Of a DNA stretch of 52,620 nt, positions 10,901 to 22,569 are shown one piece after another (the stretch's first letter is position 1; every line of letters begins with the position of its first letter). Under the pieces are notes generated by a model that had not been told where the DNA came from, ran no database searches, and worked only from the letters and a program-made list of their open reading frames with translations. The stretch lies in contig NC_068982.1 in NCBI RefSeq assembly GCF_001194135.2, positions 147,458,895 through 147,511,514 of the forward strand, read 5' to 3'. Origin of the DNA: Octopus bimaculoides (Eukaryota). The position numbers were made by a program, and so were the translations under genes.

Positions 10901-11086
10901 ATACACAAATACAGAAATATACACGCGTGCACAAACATATAAATGTATATACACACAATTATATAGAGAGAGAGAGTCAAGGTGAATATGGTACTCAAGT
11001 TTAGGCACCAGAACTAAGTATGGTAAATGGTGTCGCATGAAACAATCGTACTGCATTAACTTTGGGTATCCTTGTTGCTTATTTTG

Positions 11087-11119
<33 letters not shown>

Positions 11120-11234
11120 NNNNNNNNNNNNNNNNNNNNNNNNNNNNNNNNNNNNNNNNNNNNNNNNNNNNNNNNTACACATACATATGTTTGTGTTTGT
11201 GTGTGTGTATAATCCATACTTATTATTAAGAAAT

Positions 11235-11331
11235 CATCATCGTTGTCGTCATCTTCGTCATCATCATCATCATCATCATCAATAATAATAATAATAATAA
11301 TTATTATTATTATTATTATTAGTAGTAGTAT

Positions 11332-11396
<65 letters not shown>

Positions 11397-11450
11397 TCAT
11401 CATCATTATTGTTGTTGTTGTTGTTGTTACTGCTAGCAATACTTCCTGCA
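11235..11450 (+). repeat. Compound trinucleotide array (ATC)n-(AAT)n-(ATT)n-(AGT)n-(ATC)n-(GTT)n
   Basis: Direct reading. Confidence 0.95.
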
Positions 11451-11753
11451 TTGTTAAGAAATGGTTATTAATATTTAAAATCAATATCTCAAACACCATT
11501 TGCCCTCTCTAATGATCATTAAATAAAACTTTTCTATAAAAAAAAAGAAAAAGAAATTAAAACTATGATAGCAATTGGTTCCCAAAATTAAGTAATTTAC
11601 GGTGTAGCATATTGGTTAGTAATAGAATCTATTAACTTATGCCAATTATCGAGAATATTTACGCGAAAAAAAAATATAACTACAAATAAAAGAACAAGTC
11701 AATTATTGTTATATATGTGAAAATGTAAAGGGAGTACTGTAAATTTGGTTGTT

Positions 11754-11784
<31 letters not shown>

Positions 11785-11937
11785 TTGTTGCTGTTGTTGT
11801 TGTTATTGTTTTAGGCCCCAGGTCAGACTTGATCAAGAAGGCTATAATAAAGTGCATACTTGGCTTGTGACATCTAATTTTTATAAGTGTATGTATGTGT
11901 ATATGCTTGTGTGCATGTGTATGTGTAAATATGTAAA

Positions 11938-11972
<35 letters not shown>

Positions 11973-12037
11973 GGTAGGTGTGTGCATATGTAAACATGTA
12001 TATATATATGTAAGTATGAATTTACATATGTATACAG

Positions 12038-12078
<41 letters not shown>

Positions 12079-12399
12079 CAGACAGAGAGAGGAAGAGAGA
12101 CAAAAAGAGAGAGAGCGAGAGGGAAAGAATGAATATGTGTCTGTCTGTCTGTCTGTCTGTCTGCTGTCTGTCTCCGTGTGCACGTGATGCATGTATGCCA
12201 TACTCATGATAGTAGTTTCCGAGAAAATTTGGTTGGTGTCCCAGGCAGGGAATGCCTCATCGAGGCCTTCGGGGTGGTTCGTAAAAAGTTTCAAGTGTAA
12301 AATGAAAATTGGAAAGAAATAGAAACAGATTACGAGACACAGCGGTGGAGGATTAGTGAGAAATATATATTTACAATAAATGCACATTCCGTAGATGGC

Positions 12400-12660
12400 A
12401 TCACCCCTCTTCTCAAAGACTTAAAAAGTCCAACAGCCGTCACTTACAATTGGAAGCCATTTTTTTTTGTTGCCATTTTAGACAACAAGAGCGTCATTCT
12501 CCTTGATTTCTTGTTGGGAGGCTGTACTGTGAACAGCGTGCAATGCATTGGGGCACCGGAGAATCCTTTAGGAAGGAGAGGCCGAACAAAAAGCTGCAAG
12601 CTATTGCTATTCACCATAATAATGTTTGACCATACACATACTTGGCAATGAATCAGGCAC
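12400..12660 (+). mobile_element. Highly decayed mariner transposase catalytic-domain fragment
   Basis: Piecewise translation WHHPSSQRLKK..DNKSVILLDFLLGGCTVNS..RPNKKLQAIAIHHNNV*PYT resembles mariner WRHPSSPRPKK..WDSKGVILIDFL..TVNS..LLHHDNARPH. Confidence 0.6.
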
Positions 12661-12813
12661 TCGGAAAGAACAGCTTTCTAATGGTGAAGAGTCTTCGTGA
12701 AGGACTTGGTGACATAGATGTTGTTAATATTGGTTGAGAAAGAATGAGGAAAAACGTGCATATTTGAATTATCATTGTTTTTCGGTAAACTGTTGTCTAT
12801 ATATACTCCATTA

Positions 12814-12815
<2 letters not shown>

Positions 12816-12888
<73 letters not shown>

Positions 12889-13151
12889 ACACACACACAC
12901 AGACACACGCACACACACATACACACGCATACACATACATATATATGTAGGTGTATGTGTGTGTATATGCTTGCATAAATATCATACATACAAAACACAC
13001 TCACACACACACACACACATATGTATGTATATACGATATGTATATATCTATATACACGCACACACACCTACATATATATATGTATGTGTGTGTGTGTGTG
13101 TTTGTTTGTGTGTGTGTGTTTGTTTGTGTATGTGTGTGTGTGTGTGTGTAC

Positions 13152-13184
<33 letters not shown>

Positions 13185-13196
13185 TGTGTGTGTGTG
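12816..13196 (+). repeat. (CA)n followed by (TG)n compound microsatellite
   Basis: Direct reading. Confidence 0.95.
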
Positions 13197-13353
13197 TTAC
13201 ATCGACTCCAGTGCTAGACTGGTACTTATTTCTTTGACCTCGAAAGGACGAAAGTCGACTCCGACAGAATTTGAACTCTGAACCTTAAAACAGACGAACT
13301 GCCACTAGGCTTATTTTTCCGGCTTGCTAACGACTCAGCCAGCGTACTGCCTT
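13197..13353 (-). mobile_element. tRNA-derived SINE (family 1), partial
   Basis: Aligns by eye with the other family 1 copies. Confidence 0.7.
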
Positions 13354-13681
13354 TCACGCGCGCGCGCGCGTATAATACGTACATATATATGTGTGTGCTT
13401 ATGTATGTATAAATCTATGTATTTACACACGCTTATAAGTTTCTGAGAATATAAGAATAATATAAGAATATAATTATATATAATGTATGCATATGAGTAT
13501 AATACATGCATATAATTTATGCACGAGTGATGACTAAATAATATATGCACAATCGTTGCGAAGTTATGCACAGGGAGCGCCGATCTTATAGAGTGATATC
13601 AACATTCTGTCACAAACAGAAATCCGGAAAGAAATATATTGACGTAAGCATATATGTGACGTGCGTATGTAGTGTGTGAGA

Positions 13682-13740
<59 letters not shown>

Positions 13741-13865
13741 AGACAAACACACCGCTAGATAGATGGACAGATAAATAGCTATTTCGAAACAAATAAACAT
13801 ACATACATACATACATACATACGTACACACACACACACACATATATATGTATATACATGTGTGTG

Positions 13866-13915
<50 letters not shown>

Positions 13916-14050
13916 NNNNNNNNNNNNNNNNNNNNNNNNNNNNNNNNNNNNNNNNNNNNNNNNNNNNNNNNNNNNNNNNNNNNNNNNNNNNNNNNNNNNN
14001 NNNNNNNNNNNNNNNNNNNNNNNNNNNNNNNNACACACACACACACATAT

Positions 14051-14109
<59 letters not shown>

Positions 14110-14370
14110 TACAGTATATATACATATATACACATGCACATACATATGCGCTATTATTTTTGTGTGGATATGTATGTATGTGTCTGCATTTGTGTATGTA
14201 TTTATACATTTATACATTTATACATCTGAGAGAAGAAATATTTAGCCGGGAGCATTATTTGTGTGTTTAGACGTTAATAAAGAGTGTCAGAGGTAAAATT
14301 TGCTAAGTAATGTTGTTCCAGTTAGAACAAACTTGAGCGTCATTGCTAGCTAGCGTCTTGTTACTGCTCC

Positions 14371-14389
14371 TAGTGCCCTCTGGTGGTGA
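14371..14389 (-). promoter_or_regulatory. Candidate CTCF-binding motif
   Basis: + strand TAGTGCCCTCTGGTGGTGA; the reverse complement CCACCAGAGGGCACTA closely matches the bilaterian CTCF core CCACCAGGGGGCGCTA. Motif match only. Confidence 0.4.
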
Positions 14390-14544
14390 GATTTAGACCT
14401 CTTCAGCCAGAACAGCAATGGCAGGTCTATAATTATAGAATGTGTTGTGTCAATTTATAATGGTAGCATCACAATCGCTATCTACACTACCGTAATGAAG
14501 CTAACTGCCATCAACGCTGTCACTGAAATCGCACACACCACAGC

Positions 14545-15060
14545 CCATTGTCACCACCACCACCACCACCACCACCACCACCACCACTACCACCACCACC
14601 ACCACCACTACCACCACAACCACAACCACCACCACATTGCCAACGCCAACACCATCACATCACCACCGCCACCGCTACCATCAACAACACAATTGCTACT
14701 ACCAGAACCATCACCACCAACAACAACCACAACAACAACGAAACTGCTTTCTGTTGCAGCCACCAACACCAACAACAACGCTACCACCACCACCATCAAC
14801 AACATTACCAACTGCAACTACCACAACAACAGCAACAGCAAACACAACAACAAATGCAACAACAGTTACAGGGACATGACCAGCGTACCACCACCTCTAT
14901 TATAACCACCAACAACTGCTGTAGTAGCAGCAGCAACAACAACAACTTTAACTACAGCCATACCACTACCGACACCGGTGCCACTGCATACACGAAAACC
15001 GCATTTACTGAAATCATTCACCGCCGTCTCTTCTATCACCAACAGCAATAACAGCCACAA
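14545..15060 (+). repeat. Degenerate (CAC/CAA/CAT)n trinucleotide region
   Basis: Direct reading; gives poly-His/Pro/Gln/Thr pseudo-ORFs. Confidence 0.9.
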
Positions 15061-15339
15061 TCACGATAACATCACGGTAACAATGTCATCAACATTAGGG
15101 TTTCATCTCCACCGCCATCATGACTGGGCAACATACAACTATCAACTATATCAGTTCTCAACCGGGGTCCATATAAAATGTTTAGGGATTCACAATAGTG
15201 TTTCAAGGACCACCGAAAAAAATTTGCTTCAGACGTAGGTACTGGTAAGTATTGCAAGAAACAGCGAGGTTTCTTTCTCTATCATTTTACTTAGTTCAAC
15301 CTACACAAGTTAATGTGTGAAAAACAAAACAGGAATCTC

Positions 15340-15499
15340 ATTTACTCATTTACTTGCTGCAGTCATTTGACTGCGGCTATGCTAGAGCACAGCCTTTAGT
15401 CGAGCAAATCGACCCCAGGACTTATTCTTTGTAAGCCTAGTACTTATTCTATCGCTCTCTTTTTGCCGAACCGCTAAAGTACGGGGACATAAACACACC
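15340..15499 (-). mobile_element. SINE family 2, 3' half
   Basis: The reverse complement (GGTGTGTTTATGTCCCCGT..GATAGAATAAGTACTAGGCTT..GGGGTCGATTTGCTCGACTAAAGG..CAGTCAAATGACTG) is shared with 24150-24350 and 43670-44245. Confidence 0.75.
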
Positions 15500-16740
15500 T
15501 ATTTCCTTCACTATTAGGGTCCTGTTATTGCCTCATAATATGTCGCACAGATGCTCATATGATTCATCACTGCAATATCTAAGTGTACAGGATTGTCCTT
15601 CTTAACCAAGGGGAAACATGCTCTGACTGTGTAGAGGTCTATTAGTCACGCTTCGTTCTTCTTCCTAGAGCCTGAGTGAGTGCAATAGGAATTCTTAATC
15701 AGAAATTTGGGGGCAGCAACTACAACAGCAACATTATTCTGACCTCACTTAAAACCCCCACTTATATTCTCTATGTTGTCATTCAATAGTATCAAGAATG
15801 TTGAACTGAGTTTTGCTATTCAATTTTGGACTTTGATGTTTATCTCTAAGTAAAATGATGTTTTATTATAATTCAAATCATCATTTTTTTTTATTCGCTG
15901 TAAGATTGGATTTGAAAGATCCACACAGATACAAAGAAAGAAAAAAGGAAATAAATGAAAGAAAAGGAAAAAAAGAAGACAGGTAGGGTAAAGCAGTTGA
16001 ATATGGAAGTGAAGGGGCGATGGGCAGCCCATCCCAGAATAAGTGGGGTGTTCAGCCGTGCCTCATGGTAATGACCGCGATGGCGTTGCCACGTTAATTT
16101 TCTTTTTTTTTTAATCTTGTCATTCATCACTGGGCATTGTTATTCCTCATTCAGCTACAACATTCCTTTTGGAACATTGCTCTTCATCCTCGGGTTTTGA
16201 AATTCTTTGAGCTTTGCCATTTCTGTTTTTAGCTATGCCTAAATTCTTTACGGTGTCGATGAAATAAGAGCCAGTCTTGTACGAGAAGCTTTATTCGATC
16301 AACTACATTATCCTGCCCAGAAAAATATATGAAATTCTGCCAATATAAGAAATCGATATTCGCCATCATAATATGCCACGTCCGCTACCGTTTCTATAAC
16401 AGTTTGTATAGTAGTTTCCTGTCATTGTCAACAATAGGACAGAATGATGATACTGATGCAGCGGGGGACGAGGACTGAGAACCAAAACTTTCATGTGTAC
16501 TTCATTAGCGACGTAAGTGAAGCGAAACGGTTCCAATTGGAAGAGGAAATCAGATATCTGACATGGTTCACTGAGAAATTACCACCGATATGGTGGTAAT
16601 TTCTTAATATATTATTTTAACTGAAATACATGTATATGAAAATACTGGTAGCATTCGATGGCTTGCAGTAAAAAAAAAAAACACAATTAATTATGCGTAC
16701 ATATTGTATGCAATTATACTCCTTATAAGAATATGAATCT

Positions 16741-17178
16741 AAGGCGGTGAGCTGGCAGAAACGTTAGCACGCCGGGTGAAATGCTTCATGGTATTTCGAC
16801 TGCCGCTTCGTTCTGAGTTCAAATTTCGGCGAGGTCGATCTTGCCTTTCGTCCTTTCAGGGTCGATTAAATAAGTACCAGTTATGCACTGGGGTCGATAT
16901 AATCGACTTAATCCGTTTCTCTGTCCTTGCTTGTCCCCCCTGTCTGTAGCCCCTTGTGGGCAGTAAAGAAATAAGAAACGTTGAGCACGCCGGGCGAAAT
17001 GCTTAGAGGTATTTCGTTTGCCGTTACGTTCTGTGTTCAAATTCCGCCGAGGTCGACTTTGCCTTTCATCCTTTCGCAGTCGATAAATTAAGTACCAGTC
17101 GTGTACTAGGGTCGATCTAATCGACTGGCCTCCTCCCCCAAAATGTCAGGCCTTGTACCTAGAGTAGAAAAGAATAAA
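16741..17178 (+). mobile_element. Head-to-tail dimer of tRNA-derived SINE family 1
   Basis: A-box-like TGGCAGAAACGTT and B-box-like GAGTTCAAAT in monomer 1. Monomer 2 starts ~16975, lacks the first ~15 nt and has a different 3' tail. Confidence 0.85.
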
Positions 17179-17482
17179 TACATGATTGTGCAATTGATCA
17201 TCACTCACTCTCTTTCTTCTTATCTTTGTCTTTCTCTCTCTCTTTCTATTCATGTCACTCTTTCTCCCGCTCTCTCTTTCTGTCATACTTTCGCTCTCTC
17301 CTCACACACATTATTTATCTGCTGATCTCACACCTTATTTCACTGCGCATACAAACTCATGCACGTACACGCACACATATTTCTCTGTCTCTATATGTTT
17401 AGTGTATTTTTCTTTTTCGTGATTGTATTCACAAAGCTAGCATTGTTACATGTGTGCATGTATGTATGTATGTATGTATGTA

Positions 17483-18132
17483 GGACGGAGAAGTCAAAAT
17501 TTATCCGCACTTTCACTGTAACATATATTTATTAATTTAACAATGTCTTCTTCGCAGGCGTGCTTATAGTAGGTACTGTTGTAGTCACGTGTTCAAAGTT
17601 CACGCGCCATTTTTATGTCTGGTTTTACAGTGTTAGCATGGCCGCTCCACTAGCAATCTGCACCAAAGAAGAACAAATAGCGATCCGATTTCTCTGGTCG
17701 AAAGGTGTGTCAAGTGCTGAAATTCATCCGAGACTTTTAACACAATACGGGGACAGTGCCCTGCCGCGTAGATGTGTGTATGAGTGGGTCGAGAAGTTTA
17801 AAAGTGGCCGGACAAGCGTGACGCACGAAGAGGGAGCAGGACGCCCGTCAACCTCCACCACTGATGAGAAGATTCAGCAAGCTCGAGAGATGGTAACGGT
17901 TCACCTTTGCCATCTTTCAGATCACTGCCCCTTGTTCTTCTTTGGTGCACATTGCTAGTGGAGCGGTCATGCTTACACTATAAAGCCAGAAAGAAGAATA
18001 GCGCGATCCGGTTCACACTTCAACCACCTGACCACAATATTACCAACTATAAGTACGAACGCGCAGAAGGCAGTTTGACAATAATAAAGATATGTTATGG
18101 TGAAAGTGCGAATATTTTTTGACTTCCACTCG
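17483..18132. mobile_element. Mariner-derived fold-back element made of two inward-facing 5' ends
   Basis: 17483-17896 (+) is TIR, 5' UTR and MAAPLAICTKEEQ..IRFLW..YEWVEKFKSGRTSV..GRPSTS (ATG 17638). 17897-18132 is the same 5' end on the - strand. TA at both ends, inside a (TATG)n tract. Confidence 0.85.
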
Positions 18133-18952
18133 TATGTATGTATGTATGTATGTATGTATGTATGTATGTATGTATGTACGTATGCATTTATGCATGTTTG
18201 TGTGTATATATATGTATGTACGTGCGTACGTATGTATTTATGCATGTATGAGCGTGTGCGTGAATATATATCAGTATATATATATATATATATACATACA
18301 CACACACACACACACANNNNNNNNNNNNNNNNNNNNNNNNNNNNNNNNNNNNNNNNNNNNNNNNNNNNNNNNNNNNNNNNNNNNNNNNNNNNNNNNNNNN
18401 NNNNNNNNNNNNNNNNNNNNNNNNNNNNNNNNNNNNNNNNNNNNNNNNNNNNNNNNNNNNNNNNNNNNNNNNNNNNNNNNNNNNNNNNNNNNNNNNNNNN
18501 NNNNNNNNNNNNNNNNNNNNNNNNNNNNNNNNNNNNNNNNNNNNNNNNNNNNNNNNNNNNNNNNNNNNNNNNNNNNNNNNNNNNNNNNNNNNNNNNNNNN
18601 NNNNNNNNNNNNNNNNNNNNNNNNNNNNNNNNNNNNNNNNNNNNNNNNNNNNNNNNNNNNNNNNNNNNNNNNNNNNNNNNNNNNNNNNNNNNNNNNNNNN
18701 NNNNNNNNNNNNNNNNNNNNNNNNNNNNNNNNNNNNNNNNNNNNNNNNNNNNNNNNNNNNNNNNNNNNNNNNNNNNNNNNNNNNNNCTCATCAATCGACG
18801 AGATTATATATATTATCATTTAAAACAGTTTGATTCGGCCCCATGCGATTAAAAGTAACAAGCCTACAAAACCTTAAACCGCATAAGGCCGAATAAGTCG
18901 ATTACATCGGCCTCAAGAGAATGAATAGCACTTTCGCCATAACACATCATTA

Positions 18953-19168
18953 TTATTCTTTTCTACTGAAAGCACAAGGCCTTGAAATTTTGGAGGTTGG
19001 GACTAGTCGATTACGTCGACCCCAGTGTTTCACTGGTACTTAATTTATCGACTCCGAAAAGATGAAAGGCAAAGTCAACCCACGGCGGAATTTGAACTCA
19101 GAGGACAGGTGAAATGCCGATAAGCATTTTGCCCAGCGTGCTAATGATTCTGCCAGCTCGCTGCCTTA
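18953..19168 (-). mobile_element. tRNA-derived SINE (family 1), near full length
   Basis: Aligns with monomer 2 of 16741-17178, including the tail. Confidence 0.85.
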
Positions 19169-19184
19169 CACATCTTAATTATTG

Positions 19185-19392
19185 TCACTGTGGTCACGTG
19201 ATCGAAGTTTGAGCAAGATCACGCCATTTTTCTTTCTGGCTTTATAGTGTAAGCATGGCTGCACCACTAGCAATGTCCACCACGCTTGTCCGGCCACTTT
19301 TAAACTTCTCGATCCACTCATACACAATTCTACGCGGTTGTGCACTCTACCCATATTGTGTTAAAAGCCTCCGATGTATTTCAGCACCTGAT
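19185..19392. mobile_element. Mariner 5' fragment with internal inversion (same family as 17483-18132)
   Basis: + strand UTR and MAAPLAMST up to ~19281, then - strand GAEIHRRLLTQYG..YEWIEKFKSGRTSV. Confidence 0.75.
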
Positions 19393-20290
19393 ATAAAACC
19401 ACTGGTCAGCAATGCTCGGTCACTGGACGAGTGCAAGCAGAACCTGTTTCGTCGTCCTGCGCGCATCTTGGACATTCTCGACTGACGGCACTTCTGTGCC
19501 TGTAAAGTTTATCCCTAAGAGGCAAAGCTCCCGGTAGCAGAGCAAGGTCAGAAATTTTGGGAAATTGTCCATCGGTTCCGGGTCGAAATTTCTCCGAAAA
19601 AGAGCAGCTAGTTAATCTTCGACGCCCAAGGTCTCTCCAAGAACGTTGTCGCACTTTTCCTCTACTCATCCTCCATAAAAAAAACTAAAGTGGACGCTCC
19701 ACCTGTCGCAGTGTCCGATTAGCTGAGGGCTATGAGCGCTTGAAGACATTGCACTTTCCAAATGCTCCCCTCAGTTTCCGTTTTACCTAGAACTGCAGCT
19801 CCGTTACAGAAACTAGGTGCGGAAATACGTGTCTGGAGAACGGCGACCATACCTGTTCACCGCCAAGGAAGCACTGGAGATGTCGTAGCCTCAGCGCATG
19901 TCTGCGCATCATCAACCACGGCATGTCTAGCGGATATTGACAGTAGATCGGCCATCTGACCATCGGGACGCGTCCCTTACACAAGACGCGGAAGAGTATA
20001 CGCTCCAGCTTAATCAGACGGGAGCCAGGACAAGGAACGGCGGTTAAGCAATAGTAGACAGCGGACGTGATATACGCGTTAGCCACCTCTGCTCGACCTT
20101 TCAGGGATAGCTTTCTCTCAGCCCATTTCTGGGTGAGAGTAGTCACCCTGCTCGTTATCTCGTCCCATTTTTTTCCCCATCTGGAGGTCAGGACCGAACC
20201 CCGAGTAATTTAACCGGTCCGTCCAGTGCCCAACGACGCAGTTGGACGGCAAGAACTTGCTTTATAAGGCACTGGCTCTCATGGCTTCTG
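19393..20290 (-). mobile_element. L1/Tx1-type LINE ORF2 fragment (end of RT to zinc-binding region)
   Basis: WTDGPVKLLGV..GPDLQ; WAERKLSLKGRAEVANAYITS..KLERILF; ALPLRDKLYRH..CPRC..DET..HALV. Frameshifted. Confidence 0.8.
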
Positions 20291-20659
20291 CCCTTAACTG
20301 ACTTTTATAGGTTTTGTCTTGGGATAAAAGATGGGCTACAGCAAATGTTCTGCTCAATACCGAAGATTTACCTTTCAGTTGTTTGATCTTAACCTGTTGA
20401 GCATGTCCCTTAGTGGCTGATAATATGTGCATCGCTGATCATGAGCAGGTGTAGTGGGGGTGCATCATAGCCATGTATTCAGAGGAATTCTTCAGGCTTT
20501 GAATAATTCATCTCTGGAAACATAGGTGTTTCGTTCATCATCCTTGAACAAACCATATTCAGGGACCTTTCGAACAGGATGGTCTACTCGACCTGAAGAA
20601 AATTCTAACTGGGTACCACCTGCGAAGTCATGCGCTNNNNNNNNNNATATATATACAGT

Positions 20660-21042
20660 AATTAAGAAAATAGAAATGTAGCGTTTAATAAAATTCAGCA
20701 TATTCTCTTACAGCTGTTTCAATTAATCCTAAAGAATAAAATAGTAATTATTAAATCATTATATTAGGCAAAATTTCATGAGACGGGTAGAAAAGATATA
20801 CCGTTAGATCATTAGGTGTTGTATTTTCGAATCATCTTAGTCCGTTGAGATGATTCGAAAAGACAACATTTCATAACCTAACGGTATATCATTTCTGCTC
20901 CTCTGATGAGAATTTACCAAATATAATGACTTGATAATTGCTATTTTAATCTTTAGGCTTAATTGAAACAGCTACAAGAGAATATGATGGATTTTTGCAG
21001 ATAATAAATTTCATTAAATGCTATATCTCTATTTTCTTAATT
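20660..21042. mobile_element. ~380-bp imperfect palindrome (fold-back MITE-like element)
   Basis: The arms pair from AATTAAGAAAATAG / CTATTTTCTTAATT inward to TTCGAATCATCTTA-gtccgt-TGAGATGATTCGAA (loop ~20840-20845). The right arm has a ~17-nt insertion. Confidence 0.8.
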
Positions 21043-21188
21043 TTCCTTTGAATGATTGTAAAACATGATTTATATCTAGACCTCTTATTTATGAATATTA
21101 TTATTTACAACAAATATTAGGTAATGAACCAGTAATTCATTGGCTATTAGTATCCCTTAATTAGGCTAATTTAACTTCTGATTGAATC

Positions 21189-21232
<44 letters not shown>

Positions 21233-22369
21233 GCGCACTCACTCATATGTACATGCATACACACATACACACACATACATACCTGCATACATGCACATAT
21301 ATATNNNNNNNNNNNNNNNNNNNNNNNNNNNNNNNNNNNNNNNNNNNNNNNNNNNNNNNNNNNNNNNNNNNNNNNNNNNNNNNNNNNNNNNNNNNNNNNN
21401 NNNNNNNNNNNNNNNNNNNNNNNNNNNNNNNNNNNNNNNNNNNNNNNNNNNNNNNNNNNNNNNNNNNNNNNNNNNNNNNNNNNNNTATATATATATAGAC
21501 ATGCATGTATGTATGTATGTATGTATGTATCTGTTGCTAGTGAACAAGTTGTTCGTGATTACTCTTATCAACGTCTAGGTGAGTTAGAATCAACTCATTT
21601 ACTGCATCGCTTCATACACAGTACAATTATCTCCAAATACCCATAGACTAGCTTAAACACCGCTTCCTGGTTGAATTTGTATATATTCTCCGCGGTCTCT
21701 TTTGTAAACTTGCCGGCTAAATTGTGTTACACGCGGTAGGGTTTCGCTTCGTATAACAAAACAAAACGACAACAGAACGAACTAACTACAGAGGTCAGAG
21801 TGTGTCAAACGTATGGCAGCTTAATGAATTCCTCAGTTAGTATTGTGACTAAGGCTTATTTAGCTGGAAGGCTGCAGGGGGTTGTTAATGTCCCTCAGGG
21901 GCCAAAATGTAGGTTTCTCTTTTTTTTTTTTTCATATTTTAGCAAAGAAATAAACAAGAGCAACAAACTAAAATTAGCTCTAGACAGTATTTGCACATAG
22001 CAGTCCATTTATTCTATCATACTTTCCCCCATCAACAAGGTCAATTATAACTGTATCAAATAGCCAAACAAACGGAAAAATATAAAGATATAAAGAAATA
22101 AAGATATAAAGAGATATTGAGAGGAGACGGATGTTAACTGCAGACAATAGGGCTGAAGAGAAAATAGCCTCCTGGGGATTACACTGTATACTAAATACAT
22201 TTTCGGGAGTTTAAAAAAAAAAAAAACTTCGATTTACTGAAATTATCCTTGCAATTGGAAAACAAAATCTCACTAAAGAAATGTTTAAAAACTATAAAAA
22301 ACATTGCAAGTAAGTGTTCCAAATGTTTGGTAGGTGATATCGTTGATATCTCGTTGGGGGTTGTAAAAT

Positions 22370-22569
22370 ATTCTTTTCTAGGTACAAGGCTCGAAATTTT
22401 GGGGGAAGGAGCCAGTCGATTAGATCGATTCCAGTACGCAACTGGTACCTAATTTATCGACCCCGAAAAAAATTAATGCAAAGTCGACCTCAGTGGAATT
22501 CGAACTCAGAACGTAAAGATAAACGAAATACCGCTAAGCATTTCGCCCGGCGTGCTAACATTTCCGCCA
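22370..22569 (-). mobile_element. tRNA-derived SINE (family 1)
   Basis: Aligns with the other family 1 copies. Confidence 0.85.

Noticed and set aside
14447-15051. Poly-His/Pro/Gln/Thr ORFs, and the poly-Met/His ORFs at 35339-36466
   Set aside because: Open in several frames because triplet repeats lack stops; no domain or splice support.
15155-15250. Apparent exon (CAG acceptor ... CTG/GTAAGT donor)
   Set aside because: All three frames contain stops, and the start resembles a DNA-transposon end (CAGTTCTCAACCGGGGTCC).
16741-16830. tRNA gene
   Set aside because: A/B-box-like motifs belong to a SINE head; no complete cloverleaf, and it continues into the SINE core.
17861-17867. CTGATGA as a further hammerhead core
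   Set aside because: Part of mariner coding sequence (TTDEK); no stem II-GAAA-stem III follows.
20903-20909. CTGATGA in the palindrome arm; other CTGAnGA hits near 10270 (-), 28678, 29934 and 30406 (-)
   Set aside because: None is followed by a hairpin plus GAAA and a closing stem I.
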